DNA from: Vicinamibacteria bacterium | GTDB taxonomy: Bacteria; Acidobacteriota; Vicinamibacteria; Marinacidobacterales; Marinacidobacteraceae | Assembly (NCBI GenBank): GCA_964291235.2 | Contig: OZ219815.1 | Span: 736,001-800,000, forward strand | Length of the DNA stretch: 64,000 nt | Reading direction: 5' to 3' | Shown here: piece by piece, positions 9,573 through 18,835 of the stretch | Position numbering within the stretch: position 1 is the stretch's first letter | Layout: each line of letters begins with the position of its first letter | Translations under genes and position numbers: made by a program | The notes under the pieces: generated by a model | Database searches by the model: none | What the model saw: only the letters and a program-made list of their open reading frames with translations | What the model was told of the DNA's origin: nothing

Positions 9573-10028
9573 ATGCCGACCCCCGCTCGCCGCCGCCTGC
9601 GCCCGGAGCCGCCGAGGCCCCGGCGCACCGAACGCGACGGAGCCCTGGACCGGATCCAGGAGGCGCGCGCTTCGGTCGCCAGAAAGTCACTCTGGCTGAA
9701 GCGGGGAAGCGTGGCGGTGGTGGCGGGCGCCATCGGCGTCGGCGCCTTGCAGGGGTGGCTGCTGCTGCGGTTGGCGGCGCTGCCCATCGCGCTCTGGGTC
9801 TGGTGGATGGACGCCTCCCTGACGCGCACCGACGAGCGGCTCGAACGCTGCTACGACGACGTGTTCCAGGGAACCAGCGAACCGCCCCTGATGGGAGAGG
9901 AGCTGGCGGTCGCGGCCCGGTTGACGGATCCGCCCGGTTCCCTCAGGCGGGCCCTGATTTCAGGCCCCGGCGTCAGCCTCCACTGGATGATGACCGGAGT
10001 CGCCGCCCTCTTCAACATCCTCGCCTGA
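9573..10028 (+). CDS. Hypothetical membrane protein
   Basis: Three hydrophobic segments; WWMDA...ERLERCYD. Confidence 0.65.
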   Translation: MPTPARRRLRPEPPRPRRTERDGALDRIQEARASVARKSLWLKRGSVAVVAGAIGVGALQGWLLLRLAALPIALWVWWMDASLTRTDERLERCYDDVFQGTSEPPLMGEELAVAARLTDPPGSLRRALISGPGVSLHWMMTGVAALFNILA

Positions 10029-10298
10029 GGCCGCGTCCCCGGACCCCGGGACGGGGATCGGGATTCGTTCCTCCATCAACATGATCGGGATTCCGTTCCG
10101 AACGGGGTACAGGAACTTCCCGTCTTCCCGTAGCAGACCACCGTGCAGGGTCTCGGCTTTCGGGCCCCCGGCCGGCGCTTCGAAACTCCCCTCGCGAATC
10201 GCTCGGTTCACGGATTCCACGAGGGTCGCCGGCGCTTCCCGCACCGGCTGCCGGGTCTCCGGGCAGCAGAGGATTTCCAGGAGTTCAGGATGGATCAT
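9960..10298 (-). CDS. Trm112-family protein
   Basis: MIHPELLEILCCPETRQP...LYPVRNGIPIML. Confidence 0.85.
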   Translation of the reverse strand: MIHPELLEILCCPETRQPVREAPATLVESVNRAIREGSFEAPAGGPKAETLHGGLLREDGKFLYPVRNGIPIMLMEERIPIPVPGSGDAASGEDVEEGGDSGHHPVEADAGA

Positions 10299-10410
10299 GG
10301 GTCCAGAGTATCGGGGGATGCCACACAAACCCCGCCGCCCGGCGCACGCCGTTGGTGGGGCAAGAGGGAACGGGGGGCTCGCAGCGGCCCCGAACGGGAA
10401 CCGCTCGACC

Positions 10411-10498
10411 TGGTGCCGGAGGAGGGACTCGAACCCTCATGATCCAGAGGACCGCGGGATTTTGAGTCCCGTGCGTCTGCCAATTCCGCCACTCCGGC
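10411..10498 (-). tRNA. tRNA-Leu(CAA)
   Basis: GCCGGAG-TGGCGGAATTGGCAGACGC...CTCAAAA...long variable arm...GGTTCGAGTCC...CTCCGGCACCA. Confidence 0.95.
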
Positions 10499-10685
10499 AC
10501 GTCCCGAAGCCGCCGCCGGACGGGCGCTCGGCAAAACAGTGTACCGCGGCAAGCGGCCGGGCGGACTCCGCCCGAACGCGAGACGCCCGGTGCCAAAGTC
10601 CAAGAGTGCCAGCGGTCAGAGCGTTTCCCAGTGTGGTATCATCAACGGTTCGCTTATCAAGTGCTTCACCGGGAGGCGTCGTTGA

Positions 10686-11330
10686 GTGTTGATGCGGTTT
10701 GAAGTGGGAGACAAGGTCATCTATCCCAACCAGGGGATCAGTGTGGTCGAGAGCATCGAATCCACCAACGGGGTGTCCGGTCCCAACTTTTATCGGTTGC
10801 GGCTGCTGTCGAAGTCCACCCTGGTGATGGTGCCGATTGACAAGGTTGATGAAGTCGGGCTGCGGCCGATCATGACCGAGAGCGACGTCGAGGAAGTTCT
10901 TGACGTGCTCGAAAACGGCGTGGTGGATGAGCAGATCAACTGGAAGACCCGCTACAAGGACAACTCCGACCGCATGAAGAGCGGTTCGCCCGTAGAGGTT
11001 GCGGGCGTCCTGAAGGGTCTCTTCTACCTGAGCGAGCGCAAGACCCTTTCGTTCCGCGAGAAACGCATGCTCGACCGGGCGCATCAGTTGACCGTGACCG
11101 AAGTGGCGGAAGTCGCCGAAGAGACCCTCGAGGCGGTGGAGCGCAAGGTTGTCGAAGCGCTCCGGCGCAGCCGCAACGGAGACGGACTCGAAACCGGAGA
11201 AACGGAAAACGAAGGAAGCGCCGGAGCGGCTACCAGCGTGGTGCCCCTCAAGCCACCCAAGCGCCGGAGAGTTGCCAAGGGCACCGACAGCGGGCGGCGT
11301 CCCGTTTCCATTTCGATCAATCGGTACTGA
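10686..11330 (+). CDS. carD: CarD-family transcriptional regulator
   Basis: FEVGDKVIYPNQG...VGLRPI...NWKTRYK...LSFREKRML. Confidence 0.9.
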   Translation: MLMRFEVGDKVIYPNQGISVVESIESTNGVSGPNFYRLRLLSKSTLVMVPIDKVDEVGLRPIMTESDVEEVLDVLENGVVDEQINWKTRYKDNSDRMKSGSPVEVAGVLKGLFYLSERKTLSFREKRMLDRAHQLTVTEVAEVAEETLEAVERKVVEALRRSRNGDGLETGETENEGSAGAATSVVPLKPPKRRRVAKGTDSGRRPVSISINRY

Positions 11331-11378
11331 CTCCCGCCGCGACCCACGTCGCGGGCATCTGTCGGCAATCCCAGTCTG

Positions 11379-12173
11379 GTGAGCGTTCCGCCGCAAGCCG
11401 CCGCGCGCCCGCGGGCCGGGCGGCTCCGAACCGCACGCGCCGTGGTGGGAACGGTGGGGATAGCGCTCGCCCTGCCGCTCCTCCTCCTCGCCGGGTTGAT
11501 GCTGATGCCGCTCGGAGACCTGTTCAGCGGCCGCCACCGCCTCGGGTACGAGATCGGGCGCCAGATCGTCGCGGTGCTCTGGTTCATCGCCGGAATCCGG
11601 ATGCACGAAGTGGACAGGCGGCGGGTCAAGCCGTTCCGGCCTCGCGTTTACATGCCCAACCACCAGTCGCTCACCGACATGCCGCAGGTGCTCTACCTGC
11701 TACCCAAGGCGAACGGCACGCTGATCAAGAAAGAAGCGTTCCGCGTTCCGCTCGTGGGCTGGGCGTTTCGCGCCGCGGGGTTTACACCCGTGGATCGTTC
11801 GAGCCCGATGGCGGCCCGGCAGAGTATCGAGGCGGCCGTCACCGCGCTGCGCGACGGCCAGTCGTTCGTGATCGCACCCGAGGGAACCCGCAGTCGCACC
11901 GGAAAACTCGGCCCGTTCAAGTCGGGGGGATTCCGGCTCGCCGTTCGGGCGGGCGTTCCGATCGTGCCCATCACGGTCACCGGGGCAAGAGACATCCTCC
12001 CGAAGGGCGGAAAACTGATCTATCCGGGAACCATCCGGATCCAGTTTCACGACCCCGTGGAAACCGGGGAGACGGATGTCCGGGACCGCCAGCAGATCGC
12101 CGCGCTGATGGAGCGGGTCCGAACCGCGATTCAGAGCGGCCTGGACGAGGCGAAACCAGCGGACGGCGGCTGA
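11379..12173 (+). CDS. plsC: Lysophospholipid (1-acyl-sn-glycerol-3-phosphate) acyltransferase
   Basis: NHQSLTD, PEGTRS, PFKSG motifs. Confidence 0.85.
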   Translation: MSVPPQAAARPRAGRLRTARAVVGTVGIALALPLLLLAGLMLMPLGDLFSGRHRLGYEIGRQIVAVLWFIAGIRMHEVDRRRVKPFRPRVYMPNHQSLTDMPQVLYLLPKANGTLIKKEAFRVPLVGWAFRAAGFTPVDRSSPMAARQSIEAAVTALRDGQSFVIAPEGTRSRTGKLGPFKSGGFRLAVRAGVPIVPITVTGARDILPKGGKLIYPGTIRIQFHDPVETGETDVRDRQQIAALMERVRTAIQSGLDEAKPADGG

Positions 12174-12407
12174 TTTGACGGAAGACCGACGACAGTCAAA
12201 CGCGGCACCGGGAGACCGGACTCCAGGTCCGGACCTGGAAACTACAATCAACCCCTCCCGACTCCTGACCGAGTCATTTCCCGGAGATCCCCGGTGCCGT
12301 AATGGGTGCGCGACGCCCGGAGCACGCCGGCTGGCCGTGCGCGGTCTCAAACCGGCAGCACTTTCACCGCACGCCGTCGCTCCCTCTCTTCGTCGGTACT
12401 CCCCGCC

Positions 12408-14036
12408 TTGACCCACCTAGCAACGGAACACCTCGGTTTCGCCCAGAGTCGCCATGACCTGCGGCTGGCCGGGATTCGCTACCCCCGCCGCGTTTTCTGG
12501 AACCTCTCGAGCGCCGCCCTGGCCCAGGAAGCCGTCTTCCGCGGCGAAGCGACCCTCGCGCACGGCGGACCGATCGTGGTCCGCACCGGAGAGTTCACCG
12601 GCCGGTCTCCCTCCGACAAATACGTGGTGGGGGGGCCGAAGACCAATGACAACGTTTGGTGGGGCCCGCACAACCAGCCGTTCGCCGCATCGAGCTACGC
12701 ACAACTGCGGTGGCGGATGACCGCCTACCTTCAAGGGCGCGACCTGTTCGTGCAGGACTGTTTCGTGGGCGCGCACCCGCGCTACCGCATGCCCCTCAGG
12801 GTCATTACCACCGAAGCGTGGCAGAGCCTGTTCGCCCGCAACATGTTCGTGCGGACCAGGAGCCGCGACACCCTGGGGGAGCACCTCCCCGAGTACACGG
12901 TCATCGCGGCGCCCCGGTTCCGCGCCGCCCCGGACCAGGACAACACCCGCTCCGAGGTCTTCGTCATCGTCAACTTCGAGCGCAAGGAAATCCTGATCGG
13001 CGGCACCGCCTACGCGGGCGAGATCAAGAAGTCGGTGTTCTCGGTCATGAACTGGCTCATGCCGGAACGCGACGTCCTGCCCATGCACTGCGCGGCGAAC
13101 TGCGACGCGGACGGCAACAACCTCGCCATCTTCTTCGGCCTTTCGGGAACCGGGAAAACGACGCTTTCCGCGGACCCCGGGAGAACGCTGATCGGTGACG
13201 ACGAGCACGGCTGGGGGACCGACGGCGTCTTCAACTTCGAGGGTGGTTGCTACGCCAAGGTGATCCGGCTTTCCCGAACCGGGGAGCCCGAGATTCATGC
13301 CACCACCCGAAAGTTCGGGACCATCCTCGAGAACGTGGTGGTGCACGAGGACACGCGCCGGCTGGACCTCGACAGTGCCCAGTTCACCGAGAACACCCGC
13401 GCCTCCTACCCGGTGACCCACATTCCGAGCGCGTCCAGGACAGGCGCCGGCGGACCACCCGAAGTCGTGCTGATGTTGACCGCCGACGCTTTCGGGGTGC
13501 TGCCGCCGATCTCGCGGCTGACGCCGGATCAGGCGATGTATCACTTCCTTTCCGGCTACACCGCCAAGGTCGCCGGTACCGAGCGGGGTATCACCGAACC
13601 GCAGGCGACGTTCAGCGCCTGCTTCGGAGCACCCTTCATGACTCGGAAACCCGAGGCGTACGCGCGCCTGCTCGGCCGCCGCATCCAGGAGCACGAGGTG
13701 CGGTGCTATCTCGTGAACACCGGTTGGGCCGGCGGACCGTGCGGGGTCGCCGACCGCATGCCGCTTGGCCTCACCCGTGCACTGGTGCGGGCCGCGCTGA
13801 GTGGGGAAATCGAGCGGGCCGGGTTTGACTCGGAGCCGGTCTTCGGCCTCGACATACCGCGGGAATGCCCCGGCGTGCCATCGCGGATGCTCGACGCGCG
13901 CCGGACCTGGGATGACCCCGCCGCCTACGATCGCCAGGCGCGCCAGCTCTCGGCCATGTTCGAAGAAAACGCCACACGCCTCGGGATTACGGCGGCGACG
14001 GTAACCAGCGAGACCCCACTTGTCCCGACCGGATGA
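12408..14036 (+). CDS. pckA: Phosphoenolpyruvate carboxykinase (ATP)
   Basis: TGRSPSDK, YAGEIKK, FFGLSGTGKTTLS, LIGDDEHGW, FSACFGAPF. Start uncertain (TTG 12408 or upstream). Confidence 0.95.
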   Translation: MTHLATEHLGFAQSRHDLRLAGIRYPRRVFWNLSSAALAQEAVFRGEATLAHGGPIVVRTGEFTGRSPSDKYVVGGPKTNDNVWWGPHNQPFAASSYAQLRWRMTAYLQGRDLFVQDCFVGAHPRYRMPLRVITTEAWQSLFARNMFVRTRSRDTLGEHLPEYTVIAAPRFRAAPDQDNTRSEVFVIVNFERKEILIGGTAYAGEIKKSVFSVMNWLMPERDVLPMHCAANCDADGNNLAIFFGLSGTGKTTLSADPGRTLIGDDEHGWGTDGVFNFEGGCYAKVIRLSRTGEPEIHATTRKFGTILENVVVHEDTRRLDLDSAQFTENTRASYPVTHIPSASRTGAGGPPEVVLMLTADAFGVLPPISRLTPDQAMYHFLSGYTAKVAGTERGITEPQATFSACFGAPFMTRKPEAYARLLGRRIQEHEVRCYLVNTGWAGGPCGVADRMPLGLTRALVRAALSGEIERAGFDSEPVFGLDIPRECPGVPSRMLDARRTWDDPAAYDRQARQLSAMFEENATRLGITAATVTSETPLVPTG

Positions 14037-14779
14037 GCGGCTCCGAGCGAATTCTGGTCCTCCTCCGCCACGGGGAAAGCGTCTGGAATCTGGAAAACCG
14101 GTTCACCGGCTGGACGGACGTAGCGCTCACCAAAACCGGACGCGAACAGGCGCGGCGGGCCGGGGAGGAGCTGCGAAATGCGGGCATTGTCCCCACCGTC
14201 GCCCACACCTCCGTCCTGAAGCGCGCCGTCCACACGCTCGAGGAAGTTCTGGAGCGCCTTGAACTCCCCGACCTCCCGACCCGCTACGCCTGGGAGTTGA
14301 ACGAACGGCACTACGGGACGCTCCAGGGGAAGAACAAGGCGGAAACGGAGCGCGAGTTCGGCGCTGACCAGACGCTGGCCTGGCGGCGGAGCTTCCGCGA
14401 CCCGCCGCCGCTGGTGGAGCGCGACGACCCGCGGCATCCCCGCTTCGATCCGCGCTACGCGGCGGTGCCCGAAGAGCGGCTACCGCGCGGCGAGTCCCTT
14501 CTGGACACCGGCCGCCGGGTGATCCCCTACTGGGAACAGCAGATCCTTCCGGATCTCGCCGCGGGTCCGGTGCTCGTGGTCGCCCACGGAAACAGCCTGC
14601 GCTCGCTGGTCATGCATCTCGAAGGGGTCGGGCCCGCGGAGATCCAGCAGCGGAACATTCCGACCGGGATACCCCTCGTGTATCGGCTCGACGAGAAGCT
14701 CGCGGTGCTCGGCCAGCGCTACCTCGCCGGGGAAGCGGAGCTCGCCGACGGAATCGCCAAGGCAATCCAGCGTCCCTAG
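14033..14779 (+). CDS. gpmA: 2,3-BPG-dependent phosphoglycerate mutase
   Basis: LLRHGESVWNLENRFTGW, LNERHYG, AHGNSLR. Confidence 0.95.
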   Translation: MSGSERILVLLRHGESVWNLENRFTGWTDVALTKTGREQARRAGEELRNAGIVPTVAHTSVLKRAVHTLEEVLERLELPDLPTRYAWELNERHYGTLQGKNKAETEREFGADQTLAWRRSFRDPPPLVERDDPRHPRFDPRYAAVPEERLPRGESLLDTGRRVIPYWEQQILPDLAAGPVLVVAHGNSLRSLVMHLEGVGPAEIQQRNIPTGIPLVYRLDEKLAVLGQRYLAGEAELADGIAKAIQRP

Positions 14780-15660
14780 GAGCGCCGGCTGCGTGGCTCC
14801 CACGCGTTGGGGGTCTTCGCCGTCACTGATTGGGTCCGGGACGCCAGGGCGGATCAGGCCTGGGAGTTTCGCGGCCTACGGCCGCGATGCCGGCCAGAGG
14901 CCGGCGCTCCTGGGGAGCGAAACGCGCATCGCGCCTCAGCCCGACGGCGCAAAGGCCAGGGGCGTCACGTCGACATAGAGTCGGAGCGCCGGCCTCCGGC
15001 CGGCATCGCTCCCCCCAGGGGAGCGAAACCGCACGGCGCTGCTCAGCCGCACGGCGCAAGGGCACACGGACGTTACGTCGTCCCCGCTTAGCTGGCCGCT
15101 GTGCGGCTGATGAAATTCGGGAGTTTCGCGGCCAGCGGCCGCGATGCCGGCCGGAGGCCGGCGCTCCTTGCACGTTGGGGGTCTCCGCCGTCATCGATTA
15201 GGTCCGGGACGCCAGGGCAGACTAGGTCTGGGAGTTTCGCCTCGCTTCGCTCGGCGATGCCGGCCGGAGGCCGGCGCTCCTGGTCTGGAGGCCCCCACCG
15301 GGAGAACTGGCCGGCGTTCCCTTGCCTGCGTGACCGGGGGGAAAGTGTGAAAGGGGGGCACCCCCCCTTTCACAAAAAGAAGGCGCTGAAGGATCGGAAC
15401 TCGCCGCAGCGCGCCCCCGGCGCGCAAGGGAGTTTCGATCCCGGCACGAAGTGCCGGGCGGCCCCGGAGGGGGCCTTTCCCGGTGTCTCCGCGACTCTCC
15501 CTCAACACATCCAGACCGCGGCCCCCTCCGGGGCCGCTCAGTGCGATGCCGGCCGGAGGCCGGCGCTCCTATGTCGCGCGCCGTGGGGCGGGAGGGGGGG
15601 CGCGTAAATCCCCCGCCCCCCAGGGACACGAGAAAACGAGCGCTCCGCGCTCCCCTCCCG
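14780..15660. repeat. Cluster of REP-like modules and GC hairpins between convergent genes
   Basis: Five copies of GCGATGCCGGCC(G/A)GAGGCCGGCGCTCC in both orientations, plus a 13-bp-arm hairpin at 15346-15374. Confidence 0.85.
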
Positions 15661-15671
15661 GCCCGCTCGGC

Positions 15672-16973
15672 TTAGTGCCCCTTGTGTCCGAGCGGACCGC
15701 GGGCGGAACTGCGCTGGGCTCCACCTCCGTCGTCGTCGTCCTCACCACCGCTGCCACGCAGGATGGCGGGCACGTCCACTCCGGTGGAGGTCTTCAACTG
15801 CTCCAGAAAAGCAGCGATGGACCCGGTCAGGCCGCGCACGTGGTTCGGGAGCGCGCCGCCGGTTCCGTTGTCAACCACCGTGAGCCGTTCCACGTGCAGG
15901 TTGTCATGCAGCACGTGGGTGACCTTGTCGAGGAGCTGCGGCAGCATCTGCAGCAGCATGATTTCCCGGGTGGTCTCGTCGGTCCACTGGGCCTTGATCT
16001 CGGCCAGGGCCTCGGCGGTGGCCTTCCCGTTCTCCCGGATGCGGGACGCGTCGCCCTGGGAGGCCAGCGACTGGGCTTGACTCGCGGCCTCGGCCGGCAC
16101 CACGGTGTTGGCCTTCTCCCGGAGTTCGTTGCGCGCGACCCGGATTTCTTCAAGCTTGCGCTCTTCCTCGATCCGGGCCATGCGCTTCGCGACCTCGGCG
16201 ACCTGTTCGGCCTGGTTCGACGCCGCCGCCCGCTCGGCCCGCCGCATCCGGACTCCGTGCTCGGCGTCCACGATCGCTTCTTCGGCACTGGTCTCGGCAA
16301 CCACGGCGTCGCGCTTCGCGCTCGCCGCCACGTCGCGCGCCTCGGCTTCGGCGCGGGCCTCGGCCACCTTGGCATCACGCCTCACGGCGGCGCTTCGTTT
16401 CCGCCCAACCGAGTCGAGGTAGCCCTCGGTGTCGGACAGGTTCTGGATCTTGAAGGTGTCCAGCACCAGGCCAAGCTGCGCGAAGTCTTTCCGGGCGGAT
16501 TCCGCTACCGCCTCGGCGACCCCCAGCCGCTCGGCGTTCGCTTCCTCCGGGCTTCGCGTGGCGAGGACCCCGCGAAGGCTCCCTTCGAGCGTCTGCCGCG
16601 CGACGGTCTGAATCTCGTGCTGCGTCCGGCCGAGGAAACGCTCCACCGCGTGATCGAGGCCGCCTTCCGGATCGCCGGCGATCTTCACGGTCGCCATCCC
16701 GTCCACGTTGAGGGGGATCATCCCCGCGGACAGCGCCTTCTTGACCGTGACCTCGATGGCGATGGTGTTCAGTGAGATCCGCGACACCGTCTCGACGAGC
16801 GGCCGGCGGAAACCGCGGCCGCCCCGGATGATGCGATATCCCTTCTTCCGTCCCGAGAAGATCACCGCCTCGTTGGGGGCGCAGACCACCACGTGGGCGC
16901 GGATGAAGATGATGACCGCCAATACCCCGACGATTCCGAGGGAAAGGGCGATTCCAATGGTTCCTGGGGTCAT
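15672..16973 (-). CDS. Flotillin/SPFH domain protein
   Basis: N-terminal TM, PNEAVIFSGR, AVERFLG, TLEGSLRGVLAT, GLVLDTFKIQ and an Ala/Glu coiled coil. Confidence 0.9.
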   Translation of the reverse strand: MTPGTIGIALSLGIVGVLAVIIFIRAHVVVCAPNEAVIFSGRKKGYRIIRGGRGFRRPLVETVSRISLNTIAIEVTVKKALSAGMIPLNVDGMATVKIAGDPEGGLDHAVERFLGRTQHEIQTVARQTLEGSLRGVLATRSPEEANAERLGVAEAVAESARKDFAQLGLVLDTFKIQNLSDTEGYLDSVGRKRSAAVRRDAKVAEARAEAEARDVAASAKRDAVVAETSAEEAIVDAEHGVRMRRAERAAASNQAEQVAEVAKRMARIEEERKLEEIRVARNELREKANTVVPAEAASQAQSLASQGDASRIRENGKATAEALAEIKAQWTDETTREIMLLQMLPQLLDKVTHVLHDNLHVERLTVVDNGTGGALPNHVRGLTGSIAAFLEQLKTSTGVDVPAILRGSGGEDDDDGGGAQRSSARGPLGHKGH

Positions 16974-17039
16974 GAAAGGGCCTCCCTGGTCGCTGGCCGG
17001 CCGTTCAACGTTGGGTTCTGGCGGGATGCCTCACGAGAA

Positions 17040-18455
17040 TCAGCAGTCATAGTAGAGAGCGAATTCCGCAGGGTGCGGCCGCTGGTCCATGTAGGCGAGT
17101 TCGTGGGCCCGCTTGTAGCGGATCCAGGTGTCGATGACATCGGGCGTGAAGACGCCACCCCGCAACAGGTACTCGGCGTCGTTCTCAAGCGCATCGAGCG
17201 CCGCCTTCAGCGTCGGAGGCGTATCGCCGATCTTCCGCAGCTCCGCTTCGGGCAGTTCGTAGAGGTCCTGGTCCACCGGCTCGGGAGGAACGATCCGGTT
17301 CACGATGCCGTCGAACCCCGCCATCATGATGGCCGAAAACGCCAGGTACGGATTGGCGCTCGGATCGGGGCAGCGGAACTCGATCCGCTTTGCTCCGGGA
17401 GCCGCCGAATACATGGGAATCCGTACCGCCGCCGAACGGTTGCTCTGCGAGTAGACGAGCTTGTTCGGCGCTTCGAACCCGGGGACCAGCCGCCGGTAGG
17501 AGTTGGCGGTGGGGCAGGTGAAGGCAAGGAGGGACGCCGCATGCTTCAGGATGCCGCCGATGAAGAAGACTCCCGCCTCGCTGAGGCCGGCGTATCCGTT
17601 CGGGTCGTAGAAGAGGTTCTTCCCCTTGCTCCACAGGCTCATGTGGCAGTGCATTCCGGACCCGTTGTCGCCGAAGAGCGGCTTCGGCATGAAGGTCGCC
17701 GTGCGGCCATGCCGGTTCGCGGTGTTCTTGACGATGTACTTGAACTTCATCATGGCGTCCGACATCTGGCTGATCGTCGTGTACTTCAGCCCGATCTCGC
17801 ACTGGCCGCCGCTGCCTACTTCCTGGTGGTGGAGTTCGGCGTCCACCCCGCAGTCCCGCAGGTTGGTGAGCATCTGGGAGCGCACGTCCTGATATGGATC
17901 GGTCGGCGGCATCCGGAAATAACCCTGCTTGAGGCCCGGCTTGTGGCCAAGGTTCGGCTTCTCGACGCGTCCGACGTTCCAGGCGCCGATGCCGGAGTCC
18001 ACGTAGTAGAAGGCCTCGTTCACGGTCTGGTCGAAGCGGACGTCGTCGAAGATGTAGAACTCGGCCTCGGGGCCGACGTAGCAGGTATCGGCAACGGCGG
18101 AGGTCTCGAGGAACCGGGTGGCCTTCTCCACGATGTTCCGCGGGTCGCGCGAATAGAGACTGAGGTCCACCGGGTCCTTGACGTTGCAGATGAACACCAG
18201 GGTGGGATCCTCGTAGAAGGGATCGATGAAGCCGCTGTCCGGGTCGGGACGCAGCAGCATGTCGCTCCTCTCGATGCCCTGGAAGCCGCGGACCGACGAC
18301 CCGTCGAAGCCGATCCCGTGGACGAACATGTCCTCGTCGAAGGCCTCGATGGCGTAGGAGATGTGGCGCCAGCCCCCCAGAAGGTCGGTGAACCGGAAAT
18401 CCACGAATTTGATCTTCCGGTCCTGGATTACGCGGCGGACGTCGCGAAGAGACAT
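17040..18455 (-). CDS. glnA: Glutamine synthetase type I
   Basis: FDGSS, GPEAEF, TATFMPKP, GSGMHCH, NSYRRLVPGFEAP, RIEFRCPD; adenylylation-type DLYELP. Confidence 0.97.
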   Translation of the reverse strand: MSLRDVRRVIQDRKIKFVDFRFTDLLGGWRHISYAIEAFDEDMFVHGIGFDGSSVRGFQGIERSDMLLRPDPDSGFIDPFYEDPTLVFICNVKDPVDLSLYSRDPRNIVEKATRFLETSAVADTCYVGPEAEFYIFDDVRFDQTVNEAFYYVDSGIGAWNVGRVEKPNLGHKPGLKQGYFRMPPTDPYQDVRSQMLTNLRDCGVDAELHHQEVGSGGQCEIGLKYTTISQMSDAMMKFKYIVKNTANRHGRTATFMPKPLFGDNGSGMHCHMSLWSKGKNLFYDPNGYAGLSEAGVFFIGGILKHAASLLAFTCPTANSYRRLVPGFEAPNKLVYSQSNRSAAVRIPMYSAAPGAKRIEFRCPDPSANPYLAFSAIMMAGFDGIVNRIVPPEPVDQDLYELPEAELRKIGDTPPTLKAALDALENDAEYLLRGGVFTPDVIDTWIRYKRAHELAYMDQRPHPAEFALYYDC

Positions 18456-18465
18456 GGGAGGCCCG

Positions 18466-18807
18466 TCAGCCGATGGCCTGTGAACCGCGCTCGCCGGTTC
18501 GGATTCGGATGCAGTCGTGGAGGTCGGTGACGAAGATCTTCCCGTCGCCCGGTAGTCCGGTCTGCGCCGCCTTGAGAATCGCCTGGACCGCGCGTTCCAC
18601 GAAGTCCTCGTTCACCGCGACATCGATGCGGACGCGCTTGAGGATGTTGATCTGCGTCTGCACCCCGCGGAAGGTGGCCTGGTATCCCTTCTGGGTTCCG
18701 TGGCCGACTCCCGCGGTGATCGAGAACTTGTTGATCTGCGCTCCGAAGAGTTCCTCCTGGACCAGGGGAACTACCTCGGGTTGAACCATGGCGGTGACTA
18801 GCTTCAT
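18466..18807 (-). CDS. glnK: PII nitrogen regulatory protein (GlnK-type, amt-linked)
   Basis: GHGTQKG, TGLPGDGKIFV, IRIRTGE; adjacent to amtB. Confidence 0.9.
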   Translation of the reverse strand: MKLVTAMVQPEVVPLVQEELFGAQINKFSITAGVGHGTQKGYQATFRGVQTQINILKRVRIDVAVNEDFVERAVQAILKAAQTGLPGDGKIFVTDLHDCIRIRTGERGSQAIG

Positions 18808-18835
18808 GTGGTGACAGCCTTGAAAGAAGTTCCCC

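Noticed and set aside
9960-10028. 69-bp overlap of convergent genes as a regulatory feature
   Set aside because: It is explained by a low-complexity tail on the Trm112 protein, probably from stop-codon drift.
14793-15675. Small ORFs with repeated MPAGGRRS / RCRPEAGAP / AVPAWRPAFP peptides
   Set aside because: These are translations of the REP hairpins in several frames, with no consistent start or RBS.
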